Part shown: positions 52,942-61,407 of the stretch, piece after piece | How positions within the stretch are numbered: the stretch's first letter is position 1 | How the letters are laid out: every line of letters begins with the position of its first letter | NCBI GenBank assembly: GCA_017577365.2 | Contig: PKRJ02000004.1 | Span: 9,959-73,958 of the forward strand | Direction: 5' to 3' | DNA from: Gammaproteobacteria bacterium | Lineage (GTDB): Bacteria > Pseudomonadota > Gammaproteobacteria > Steroidobacterales > Rariloculaceae | DNA length: 64,000 bases | Translations under genes and position numbers: made by a program | The notes under the pieces: generated by a model | The model's database searches: none | What the model was told of the DNA's origin: nothing | Seen by the model: only the letters and a program-made list of their open reading frames with translations

Positions 52942-54957
52942 TCATTCGAGCAACGTCCGTGCACGCGTCGCGACGTTCTCGGGCGTGAAGCCGAGCTTCT
53001 CGAGCACCGTCGTGCCGGGCGCGGACGCACCGAAGCGGTCGATCGAGAGCGCGGCCCCTCGATCGCCGACCCATCGCTCCCAGCCGAGCGACACTCCCGC
53101 CTCGACCGCGAGACGTTTGTCGACGTCCGGCGGCAATACCTCGTCGCGATATGCCGCGGGCTGCGCTTCGAACAGCTCCCAGCACGGCATCGAGACGACG
53201 CGCACCGCCACGTCATCGGCGGCGAGCGTCCTCGCGGCCTCGAGGCAGATCCACACCTCGGAGCCGGTCGCGATCAGCACGAGATCGAGCGGGGTATCTC
53301 GCGATGCGGCGTCGCGGCTATCCCAGGCGACGTAAGCGCCGCGCTCGACGCCCGCGCGTGCCGTTCCCGCGATCGGCTCGAGAACGGGCACCGCTTGACG
53401 CGTGAGCAAGATCGCCGTCGGCCCGTCCTGCCGCTCGAGCGCGATCTTCCAAGCGGCGGACGTCTCGTTCGCGTCGGCGGGGCGGATGACCCAAAGTCCC
53501 GGAATCGCGCGCAGCGACAGGCATTGCTCCACCGGCTGATGCGTCGGGCCGTCCTCGCCGAGCCCGACCGAATCGTGCGTGAACACCCAGACGACCGGAA
53601 GACGCATCAGCGCGGAAAGCCGAAGGGCCGGTCGCATGTAATCGCTGAAGATCAGAAACGTCGAGCCGAACGGCTTCACGATGCCGCCGTGCAACGCGAG
53701 GCCATTGACGATCGCGCCCATCGCGTGCTCGCGCACGCCGAACGGCACGTTCCGCCCCGCGTAGCGGCGCGCGAACTGCCCTGCGCCTTCGAATGCGGTC
53801 CGCGTCGACTCGACGAGATCGCCTGCGCCGCCGACCATCGTCGGGGCGTAGCGCGCGAAGGCCCGCATGACCTTTCCGCCGGCCGCGCGCGTCGCGAGCT
53901 TCTCGCCGGGCTCGAAGGCGGGTAACGCGTCCGTCCAACCCGGCTCGAGACGGCCCGCCCAAGCGCGGTCCCAGTCGGCCGCAAGGTCGGGATGCGCCTC
54001 GCGCCAGGCGTCGAAGCGCCGGGTCCACTCGGTCTCGAGCCGCGCGCCGCGCTCCGTCGCGTCCATGTGCGCCGCGACTTCGTCCGGCACGACGAAGCGC
54101 TGGTCCGGGTCGAAGCCGAGCAGCGCCTTCGTCGCGCGTACCTCGTCCTCACCGAGCGGCGCGCCGTGCGCCTTCGCGGTATCGCGTGCGTTCGGTGCCG
54201 GGTACGCGATGTGGCTTCGCACTCGAATCAGCGACGGACGGTCCTCGACGTCGCGCGCGGCGCCGAGCGCCGCTTCGAGGGCATCGACGTCGTTCGCGTC
54301 GTCGACGTGCTGCACGTCCCATCCGTGCGCTTCGAAGCGCTTCCCCTTGTCCTCGTGATCCCACGACAGCGACGTCGGCCCGTCGATCGTGATGCGATTG
54401 TCGTCGAAGAGCACCGTGAGCTTGCCGAGACCGAACGCGCCGGCGAGCGACGCGGCCTCCTGGCAGACGCCTTCCATGAGGTCGCCGTCCGACGCGATGA
54501 CGTAGACGCGATGATCGACGACCGTCTCGCCGGGGCGGTTGTAGCGCTGCGCGAGCACGCGCTCGGCCATCGCCATGCCGACCGCGTTCGCGAAACCTTG
54601 TCCGAGCGGACCGGTCGTCGTCTCGACGCCCGGCGTCAAGAAATGCTCGGGATGACCCGGCGTCGCCGATCCCCACTGGCGAAAGCGCTCGATCTCGTCG
54701 AGCGGCAACGCGTAGCCCGTGAGATGCAACGCGGCGTACTGAAGAATGCACGCGTGCCCGGCCGAGAGCACGAATCGGTCCCGATTCGGCCAAGCAGGGT
54801 TCTTCGGATTGAAACGCATGACGTGCCGGTAGAGCACGTAGGCGAGCGGCGCGAGCGCCATGGCCGTGCCGGGATGACCGGAGCGCGCTTGCTGCACGGC
54901 ATCCATTGCGAGCACGCGGATCGTGTCGATCGATCTCGTGCGGATGTCTTGACTCAT
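52942..54957 (-). CDS. tkt: transketolase
   Basis: 671 aa. [12 protein letters not shown] and the ThDP-binding GDGDLMEG motif. Confidence 0.96.
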   Translation of the reverse strand: MSQDIRTRSIDTIRVLAMDAVQQARSGHPGTAMALAPLAYVLYRHVMRFNPKNPAWPNRDRFVLSAGHACILQYAALHLTGYALPLDEIERFRQWGSATPGHPEHFLTPGVETTTGPLGQGFANAVGMAMAERVLAQRYNRPGETVVDHRVYVIASDGDLMEGVCQEAASLAGAFGLGKLTVLFDDNRITIDGPTSLSWDHEDKGKRFEAHGWDVQHVDDANDVDALEAALGAARDVEDRPSLIRVRSHIAYPAPNARDTAKAHGAPLGEDEVRATKALLGFDPDQRFVVPDEVAAHMDATERGARLETEWTRRFDAWREAHPDLAADWDRAWAGRLEPGWTDALPAFEPGEKLATRAAGGKVMRAFARYAPTMVGGAGDLVESTRTAFEGAGQFARRYAGRNVPFGVREHAMGAIVNGLALHGGIVKPFGSTFLIFSDYMRPALRLSALMRLPVVWVFTHDSVGLGEDGPTHQPVEQCLSLRAIPGLWVIRPADANETSAAWKIALERQDGPTAILLTRQAVPVLEPIAGTARAGVERGAYVAWDSRDAASRDTPLDLVLIATGSEVWICLEAARTLAADDVAVRVVSMPCWELFEAQPAAYRDEVLPPDVDKRLAVEAGVSLGWERWVGDRGAALSIDRFGASAPGTTVLEKLGFTPENVATRARTLLE

Positions 54958-54977
54958 AGTGGATCTGCGCTCGACGC

Positions 54978-55002
54978 GGCATCCGCCCGTCGGGCGGATG
55001 CC
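54978..55002. terminator. 11-bp GC hairpin between the PRC-barrel gene and tkt
   Basis: GGCATCCGCCC-GTC-GGGCGGATGCC. No U-tract. Confidence 0.4.
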
Positions 55003-55030
55003 GTCACGTTGTCACCGCACGCGACGAGCG

Positions 55031-56407
55031 TCAGCGCAGATAGCGCCCCTCGTCCTCGATCTCCGCATATTGCTGCGAGTCGTACTCCGGCAGGCTCTCG
55101 AGCTCCTCGCGCGTCATGCTCGTCATCAGCTTGCCTTCGTGGTCGACCTCGAGCCGCGCGACCGGCAGCGCGACCGTGCGCTGACCGATACCGAGGAAGC
55201 CGCCGACGTCGACCAGCGCATGCATCTGGCTGTCCTGACGCGACTGCGCGACGCCGGAAATCTCACCGATCTCCTCGCCTTCGCTCGAATGCACGCTCTC
55301 GCCGACGAGTTGCTCGGGCGCCAGCGCGCCGCCGACCGCGTCGGCTCCCTGCTGCTCGCGCTGACCTTCGAGATCCGGACGCTGCTGTCCCGCGCGCCTT
55401 TCTCCGGCGCGCTGCTGTTGCTCGGCGAGTCGTTCCCGCTCGCTCTGCTGCGCCGCGGACTCCGGCTGCTGCCCGCCTTGTCGAAGCGTGACCTCGGGTT
55501 CCGCCTGGCTCACCTCGACTTTCGGCTCGGCCTGCTCGACGCTCACCTCGGGCTGCGCTTGCTCGACCGCGACTTCGGGCTCGGCCTGCTCGACGGTCAC
55601 CTCGGGCTCGGGTTGCCGCACGGTGACCTCGGGGTCCGGCTGGCGAACCGTGACGCGCGGCTCGGCTTGCTGAACCTCGACCCGAGGCTCGGCCTGCTCG
55701 ACGGTCACCTCGGGCTCGGGCTGACGAATCGTGACCTCCGGATCCTGCTGCGTGATCTCGACCTGCGGCGCGGGCTGCTCGACCTGGACCTGCGGCGATG
55801 CCGGATCGACCTGCACCTCCGCCGCGGGCTGCTGCACCCGGATATCGGTGCTCTGGTCAGGCTGCCGTTGGTCGCCCTGCTGTTGGGCGCCTTGCTGTTG
55901 GGCGTCCTGCGGCGCGCTCTGCTGCTCCTCGGCCAGCGCGAGGTTCTGCTCCTGCGAGGACGGCTGCTGCGACTGCCGCTCCGACGGCTGTTCCGTCGAC
56001 GGCTGCTGTTGCTCCGAGCTGCGCGCCTGCTGCGACGGCTGCGGCTGTTGCAGTTGTCGGCTCAGCTCCTGCTGTTGCTGCTGAGCCTGCGTCGACGGCT
56101 GAGGCTGCGTCGACTGCTGCGGCTGCCCGGGTTGCGCTTGCGCGAGCTGCTGGCCTTGCTGACCTTGCGCGGCGGACAGCTGCTCGCGCACTTGGGCAAC
56201 GATCTGACCGCAGTCCTGATCGGTCGCCGTGCGCGCCGTGCTCATCAGCTGCCGCACTTGCCGTTCCGTGATCTCGTCGAGCGAGCGCGTCTCGAGCTCG
56301 CGCTCGAGCTGCTGTACGTCGCGTTCGCAGGCTTGCTGGCCGAACGCGGCGCCGCTCGCGCCGAATGCGACCGCGAACAAGCAGCCGCTGTACGTGAATC
56401 TATTCAT
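55031..56407 (-). CDS. secreted PRC-barrel domain protein with Gln-rich region and 9-aa tandem repeats
   Basis: ORF 55031..56575. Start at ATG 56407 (MNRFTYSGCLFAVAFGASGAAFGQ). C-terminal LVGESVHSSEGEEIGEISGV...VDVGGFLGIGQRTVALPVARL matches the PRC-barrel pattern. Confidence 0.8.
   Translation of the reverse strand: MNRFTYSGCLFAVAFGASGAAFGQQACERDVQQLERELETRSLDEITERQVRQLMSTARTATDQDCGQIVAQVREQLSAAQGQQGQQLAQAQPGQPQQSTQPQPSTQAQQQQQELSRQLQQPQPSQQARSSEQQQPSTEQPSERQSQQPSSQEQNLALAEEQQSAPQDAQQQGAQQQGDQRQPDQSTDIRVQQPAAEVQVDPASPQVQVEQPAPQVEITQQDPEVTIRQPEPEVTVEQAEPRVEVQQAEPRVTVRQPDPEVTVRQPEPEVTVEQAEPEVAVEQAQPEVSVEQAEPKVEVSQAEPEVTLRQGGQQPESAAQQSERERLAEQQQRAGERRAGQQRPDLEGQREQQGADAVGGALAPEQLVGESVHSSEGEEIGEISGVAQSRQDSQMHALVDVGGFLGIGQRTVALPVARLEVDHEGKLMTSMTREELESLPEYDSQQYAEIEDEGRYLR
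55478..55843 (-). repeat. 13 and a half imperfect tandem copies of a 27-bp coding unit
   Basis: Translates to V-[TEQAS]-[VI]-x-Q-x-x-P-x units, for example VTVRQPEPE, VTVEQAEPE, VEVQQAEPR (ORF residues 245-366). The periodicity is visible directly in the DNA. Confidence 0.85.
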
Positions 56408-56618
56408 CGTCTCGCTCCTCTCGCTTCCGTGAGCGCTGCTTGTGCAATCCACGTGCCAAGGGCGAACGCTCGGCGCGAGGAGCCCTTCGAATTCGAGCGC
56501 CGCCGGAGCGAGCGGAGCAAACGCGAAAGCGAAGAGCCACGCGCACGCGCGGCTCAGAGCCGGCGCGCGGCGCATCGCGATGTCACGCGTCCCCGTTAGT
56601 CGGGCCGACGATGAAAAA

Positions 56619-57776
56619 TCAAGCGTCGACGAGCGTCAGGAACTGCCAGCGCTTGCCCTCCGCGAGGCCGAGCAGCTCGCGGCCGACGCCGCCGAAAACC
56701 GGCGGCGACGACGTGATGTGCTGCGTGCCCGCGTTCATGTCGCGGAACAGCCGTTGCAGCGTGCCGGCGCGCAGCGCGAGCGTGCCCGCCGCCTTGTACG
56801 CGAACATCGCGACTTGATGCGAAGACCACGTCGAGTGCGCGAGCGCGAGACGGAACAGCGACTGCTGACGCATCGAAAGCCGCTTGCCGCGATCGAGCGT
56901 CTCGGCGATGTCCGTCCAGGTCTCGTAGACGAACGCGCGCGCCGAGCGATAGACCGCCTCGGCGTTCGCGTACTGCTCGTGGAAGCTCGTGCTGTCCGCG
57001 ATCGTTCCGGGCCGCCCCGCCTTCTCGTGCACGACGGTGCGTAGCTCGTCGAGAATGCGTCGGCCGATTCCGCACGCCCAACCGGCGTGGACGATGCCCG
57101 CGAAACCGATGATGCCGATCGTATAGAGGCTGCCGCCGCGCAGCGGCTCCTCGGTCGTCGCGAAATGCGTGTACGCGTCGGGCACGTACGCGTTGTCGAT
57201 CGTGTAGTCGATGCTGCCCGTGCCCCGCAACCCGAGCACGTCCCAGTTCTCGATCAGCTTCGCTTGGCTGACCGGCAGCACGAAGATCCTGGGCTCCTTG
57301 GTCGTCTCGATGACGCCGAGCGTGTGGATATGCGTGCCGTGCTTGATGCCGGACGCGAAGCTCCACGCGCCGCTCAGCAAGAAGCCGCCGTCGTGCGGCA
57401 CCGCCCTGCCGGGACGCGTTCCCTGGCCCGCGATCACCGGCATGCGTTCGCCGCTGAAGAGTTCCTTGACCGCCTCGTCTTTGAGATAGGCCGCGCCGGT
57501 GCCGATCGCGAGCGCGGACGCCATCAGCACCCAGCCCGCGGAGGGATCGCCGTAAGAGACGTTTTCGATGACCTGAAGAGACGAAACCGGATCGAGCTCG
57601 TATCCGCCGCGTATCGATTTCGGCACCCACATGCCGTAGAGCCCCTCGCGGTGCAGGGCCTCGACGACCGGCTCGGCCAATTGCCCGTGCTCGTCGCCGT
57701 AGTCGGCATGCTCGCGGGCGATCTCCCCGACGCGCTTTGCGCGCTCGGGCAAGGACGTCTCCGTGCTCGCGCTCAT
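56619..57776 (-). CDS. acyl-CoA dehydrogenase-fold flavoprotein (probably monooxygenase/oxidase type rather than a true ACAD)
   Basis: ORF 56619..57917. Start at ATG 57776 (GGAGG 6 nt upstream). ACAD three-domain layout. The segment that aligns by eye with the ACAD catalytic YEGT motif reads NAGT (FRDMNAGTQH). Confidence 0.8.
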   Translation of the reverse strand: MSASTETSLPERAKRVGEIAREHADYGDEHGQLAEPVVEALHREGLYGMWVPKSIRGGYELDPVSSLQVIENVSYGDPSAGWVLMASALAIGTGAAYLKDEAVKELFSGERMPVIAGQGTRPGRAVPHDGGFLLSGAWSFASGIKHGTHIHTLGVIETTKEPRIFVLPVSQAKLIENWDVLGLRGTGSIDYTIDNAYVPDAYTHFATTEEPLRGGSLYTIGIIGFAGIVHAGWACGIGRRILDELRTVVHEKAGRPGTIADSTSFHEQYANAEAVYRSARAFVYETWTDIAETLDRGKRLSMRQQSLFRLALAHSTWSSHQVAMFAYKAAGTLALRAGTLQRLFRDMNAGTQHITSSPPVFGGVGRELLGLAEGKRWQFLTLVDA

Positions 57777-57924
57777 CTCACTCCTCCTGGCATCGCCGGG
57801 CGGCAAGTCTCCCCCTTGTCTCGCGCGGCTTTGTTGTCGTGAAAGCGGTGACGGCTCGATCTTGCATTCGACGGAGTCCGCCTGCGCGGCGAGCGCGCAC
57901 GCAAGAGCCGTCGACAACAGCTCG

Positions 57925-58077
57925 CTAACCGTAGAACAGCGCGTGACCGTCGCCGTTGAAGCCCGTCATCCAGTCGTTGTGCGGCGGCGGACAGGCGTAG
58001 TAGACGTCCGCCCCGAATCGCGTCGGGCCGTTGAAGCCCCGCGGAAACATCGGATGCCCTCTGAAATCGACGGCCAT
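57925..58077 (-). CDS. 50-aa hypothetical protein upstream of the ACAD-fold gene
   Basis: MAVDFRGHPMFPRGFNGPTRFGADVYYACPPPHNDWMTGFNGDGHALFYG. GGAGG lies 7 nt upstream of the ATG at 58077. 42 of 50 codons end in G/C by my count. No signal peptide. Confidence 0.6.
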   Translation of the reverse strand: MAVDFRGHPMFPRGFNGPTRFGADVYYACPPPHNDWMTGFNGDGHALFYG

Positions 58078-58129
58078 CCTCGCGCCTCCCCCATTCTTTC
58101 GATCGGCCCCTGGCGGGGCTGCCGCCATA

Positions 58130-58158
58130 TATACACTCGTAGCGACACCGAGTGTATA
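58130..58158. promoter_or_regulatory. perfect 10-N9-10 inverted repeat (candidate operator)
   Basis: TATACACTCG (58130-58139) and CGAGTGTATA (58149-58158), in the 200-bp divergent spacer between the starts at 58077 (-) and 58278 (+). Confidence 0.5.
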
Positions 58159-58277
58159 GCGGCGTTGCGCTCGGCGGAACACGTCGAGTTGCCCCCGGCG
58201 ACGCTCGACGCAATCGCCCGCCCGCGTGGCATGCCGCTTGCACGAATGCGATGGACGCAACTTTACGGAGAGTCGTA

Positions 58278-58406
58278 ATGCTGAAACGAATGATCTGCTC
58301 GCTGGTGCTTTCCAGCGCCGTCCTATCGCTTCATGGATGCGGCTATCTCGCGGCAGCGGGCGCGGGCGCCGCGGTCGGCGAAGCGGTCGAGGACGACGAC
58401 AACTGA
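58278..58406 (+). CDS. 42-aa lipoprotein with Gly/Ala zipper and acidic tail
   Basis: MLKRMICSLVLSSAVLSLHGC-GYLAAAGAGAAVGEAVEDDDN. Lipobox LHGC. GGAGAG lies 5 nt upstream of the ATG. Confidence 0.6.
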   Translation: MLKRMICSLVLSSAVLSLHGCGYLAAAGAGAAVGEAVEDDDN

Positions 58407-58439
58407 TGGCAGCCGGCACCGCGACGCCGGCGTTCCGCC

Positions 58440-59573
58440 TCAACCGAGCGCTCGATAAACGGCGGACTCGAAATCCGCCACGAGCTGCAAGCACCGAGGA
58501 TCACAGAACGGGCTGAGCTGCATCAGCAGCACCGCGCCGATTCCGGCGCGCGGATCGACCCAAAAATACGTATTGAAGATGCCTGCCCAGCCGAAGCTTC
58601 CAGCCGCTCGCCCCTGAGGGCGATCGCGCGTCTCGATCATCAGGTTGTAGCCGAACTTCTGCGTGCCGTCGAGAAACGCGAAATCGAGCGTGCGAGCCGG
58701 GTACGCCGTGCGCTGCGTCGACGCCCAGCGCGAGCCGATGCGATTCGTCGTCATCAACCGCACCGACTCCGGCGACAGCAGCCGCGTGCCGTCGTCCGCT
58801 CGGCCCTCGTTGAGCAGCATTCGGATCAGCGCGGCATAGTCGCGCGCGGTCGAATACAGCGCCCCGCCGCCGCGCGGCGCCTCGCCCCGAGGCTCGTTCG
58901 GACCGTCGATCCACTTTCCGTCCTCGAGCTTGTGCAAGCCCGCGAGCCGATCCGGAGCCGACGGTTGCTCGTAACGCGTCTCGCGCATACCGAGCGGACC
59001 GGTGATGCGCTCCTCGAGAAAGCGGCCGAGCGGCAGGCCGGACAACGGCTCGACGACGAGGCCGACGATATCCGTGCTGATCCCGTACGAGAACCGCTCG
59101 CCGGGATCGTGCATCAGGAACGGCGCGCCGAAATGCTCGATGCGGCCTTCCGACGCGACGAGAATTTCGCGGTTCAGAAACCAATAGCCGAAGCCCGACG
59201 TATGCGTCAGCAGGTCGTGAATCGTGATCGCGCGCCGCGCCGGCCGCACGATGCGCTCTCCCGTGCTCTCGTCGAACGACACGAGCACGGGCGGTTGCAC
59301 GAAGCCCGGGACGTGCCGCGCGATCGGATCGTCGAGCTCGAGCTTGCCGGCCTCGCGAAGCATCAGAACCGCGACGCTCGTGATCGGCTTCGTCATCGAC
59401 GCGATGCGAAAAATCGTGTCGGGCGTCATAGGTGCCGTGCGCGACACGGACGCGAGCCCCGCCGCGGACTCGTGAACCACGCCGCGGCGGTCCGTGACGA
59501 GCGCGACGGCGCCGGGCACGTCGCCTCTCGCGACGGCGCGCTCGAGCGTTTCGTGGACGATCTCCAAGCTCAC
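58440..59573 (-). CDS. serine hydrolase, beta-lactamase (class C / EstB-like) family
   Basis: 377 aa. SxxK motif in FRIASMTKPITS. GTG start overlaps the yceI stop (GTGA). Confidence 0.88.
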   Translation of the reverse strand: MSLEIVHETLERAVARGDVPGAVALVTDRRGVVHESAAGLASVSRTAPMTPDTIFRIASMTKPITSVAVLMLREAGKLELDDPIARHVPGFVQPPVLVSFDESTGERIVRPARRAITIHDLLTHTSGFGYWFLNREILVASEGRIEHFGAPFLMHDPGERFSYGISTDIVGLVVEPLSGLPLGRFLEERITGPLGMRETRYEQPSAPDRLAGLHKLEDGKWIDGPNEPRGEAPRGGGALYSTARDYAALIRMLLNEGRADDGTRLLSPESVRLMTTNRIGSRWASTQRTAYPARTLDFAFLDGTQKFGYNLMIETRDRPQGRAAGSFGWAGIFNTYFWVDPRAGIGAVLLMQLSPFCDPRCLQLVADFESAVYRALG

Positions 59574-60238
59574 TCGATGCGTCGAGCCAAGATGCGATAC
59601 GTGAAATCGAGCGGCTCGCCGACGCGAAGCGCGCCCGCCGCTGCCGAGAACGGCTCGAGGCCGAGCTCTTCGTGCGTCAGCGTGAACTCGCCCGACGCCT
59701 CGAGCGTTTCGCCGTCGACCCTGATCTCGGTCGGCACCGTCAACGGTATCGAGCGGCCGCGCAGCTCCACCGTGACCTCGAGCGACTCCTCGCCCGCATG
59801 CACCGTCGGGCCGGTCCCGGCGATTCGCAGCGACGGATAACGCTCCGCGTCGAGCACCTCTTCGCTCAGCATGTTGCGGCGCGTGCCTTCGATATCCTCG
59901 CTCGACGGCGCTCTCCTCGATCGCTCGCCGACTCTCGCGCGAAGCTCCGGATCGTCGACGACGAGCGCCTCGACAGGGATCTCGATCTCGAACCGCGACT
60001 GCTCGAGCTCGGGATGCAACAGCACCCGACCGGTCATCTCGCCGACGGAAACCACGTGGTTGTGGCCGAAACGCGCGAGCGCGCCGGCCCGATGAACCCG
60101 CCAGTAGATCTCCGAGCGCTCGGCATCGATCGCGTAGAGCTCGACGTCCTCGGGGGGCTCGACCTGATCGGGCTGCGCGAAGACGAGACCGGCAACGGTC
60201 GCGAGCAGCGCGGCGCTCGCCCCCAGCTTGCGATTCAC
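59570..60238 (-). CDS. YceI-like periplasmic protein
   Basis: ORF 59570..60412. GTG at 60238 chosen (VNRKLGASAALLATVAGLVFAQ; GGAGG 9 nt upstream). SEIYWRVHRAGALARFGHNHVVSVGEMTGRV fits the YceI-domain pattern. Confidence 0.8.
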   Translation of the reverse strand: MNRKLGASAALLATVAGLVFAQPDQVEPPEDVELYAIDAERSEIYWRVHRAGALARFGHNHVVSVGEMTGRVLLHPELEQSRFEIEIPVEALVVDDPELRARVGERSRRAPSSEDIEGTRRNMLSEEVLDAERYPSLRIAGTGPTVHAGEESLEVTVELRGRSIPLTVPTEIRVDGETLEASGEFTLTHEELGLEPFSAAAGALRVGEPLDFTYRILARRIE

Positions 60239-60762
60239 TTCGGCTTCCCTCCGCTGCGGGCCGCGCGAGTCGAGCTGTAGCTTATCACGCGTGAAGTTCC
60301 CAAGGAGCGGCGCTTCCCGCCTGAAGTTGCGCGACTGCGACGTCAGTTGCCTCGTCGAGATGGTCCATCGCCCGCATTCCCGGGCCCTCTCCGCGTCGCT
60401 CTTTGACGACAAGAGGTTTCTGTGCTACAGGAATTGCGTGTGAGAGCACGCGTCGCGGCTCGGCAACGCGTGCCACCGGTCGAACACGGGGGAGACGTCA
60501 ACGGGCCGCTTCGCACCGCTCGGGAGGACGCACGGCTGCCTGACCAGCAGCGTGCGATGCGGGGCGAAGCGATGACGACGTCCGGCTGCGCGGCCGGCGG
60601 TGAGTGCGCGCACTACCGTCGGCCGCTGCAGGCCGTTGGCTGTTCCGCCGCCGCGCACGAGCTCGCGAGCAGTCGTCGCCCGGCCAGTCTTTCTGGCCGC
60701 GGCTTTCGGTGATAGTGTTCTTAACGACAGCCGGCCTTGCTGCCGGCGAGTGTATCCACCGT

Positions 60763-61407
60763 ATGCGAGCTGTCTTCCGCACGGTTTGCCGATCGACTCT
60801 GACCGCGACGGCCGCGCTGCTCGGCGCGTGCGTCTCGTCGGTCGTCGTCGATGCCCGTTTCCCCGCGCCGCTCATCGAGCCGCTGCCGGTGAGGATGGGC
60901 ATCCTCTACGACGAGGAGCTGAAGAACTTCGTGCATGTGGAAGCGTTGCCGCAGCAGTCCGCATGGACGATCGATCTCGGCGACGCGAATCTCGCATTGC
61001 TCTCTCCGCTGTTCGAGCGGATGTTCGCGGAGACGCGCACGGTCGACGCGGTCCCGGTCGCCCCGGCGCTTCGCGACACGCTCGACGGCGTGATTCGTCC
61101 GCGGCTCGAGAAATTCGAGTTCGACGTTCCGATCGGGGAACGCGACGAGTTCGTCGAGGTCTGGATGCAGTATCAGCTCACGCTGTACAACCCCGACGGC
61201 TCGGTGGTCACGGAATGGCCCGTCAGCGGCTATGGAAAAGCGGAGCTGACGGGCAGACGCGAGGATTCGGTGCGGCGTGCCGCGGTCATCGCGATGCGCG
61301 AGGTGGGTGCGGCGATCTCGACGAAGTTCGCCGAGCAGCCCGACGTCAGCTATTGGTTACGGGAGAGACAGGATGAAGCTGCGTTGTCCGCCGACCTCGG
61401 CAGCTAA
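60763..61407 (+). CDS. hypothetical lipoprotein
   Basis: ORF 60604..61407. Start at ATG 60763 (MRAVFRTVCRSTLTATAALLGAC; lipobox LLGAC). No family recognised. No clear SD. Confidence 0.65.
   Translation: MRAVFRTVCRSTLTATAALLGACVSSVVVDARFPAPLIEPLPVRMGILYDEELKNFVHVEALPQQSAWTIDLGDANLALLSPLFERMFAETRTVDAVPVAPALRDTLDGVIRPRLEKFEFDVPIGERDEFVEVWMQYQLTLYNPDGSVVTEWPVSGYGKAELTGRREDSVRRAAVIAMREVGAAISTKFAEQPDVSYWLRERQDEAALSADLGS

Noticed and set aside
58130-58158. The 10-N9-10 palindrome as a genuine CIRCE/HrcA operator
   Set aside because: Arm identity is only 6/9 and the spacing of the conserved CACTC/GAGTG cores is 11 rather than 9. The downstream genes are not chaperones. Reported as an unknown operator instead.
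60285-60476. 63-codon minus-strand ORF in the 524-bp gap
   Set aside because: Third-position G/C is only about 58 percent by my count, against above 80 percent in real genes here. There is no SD.
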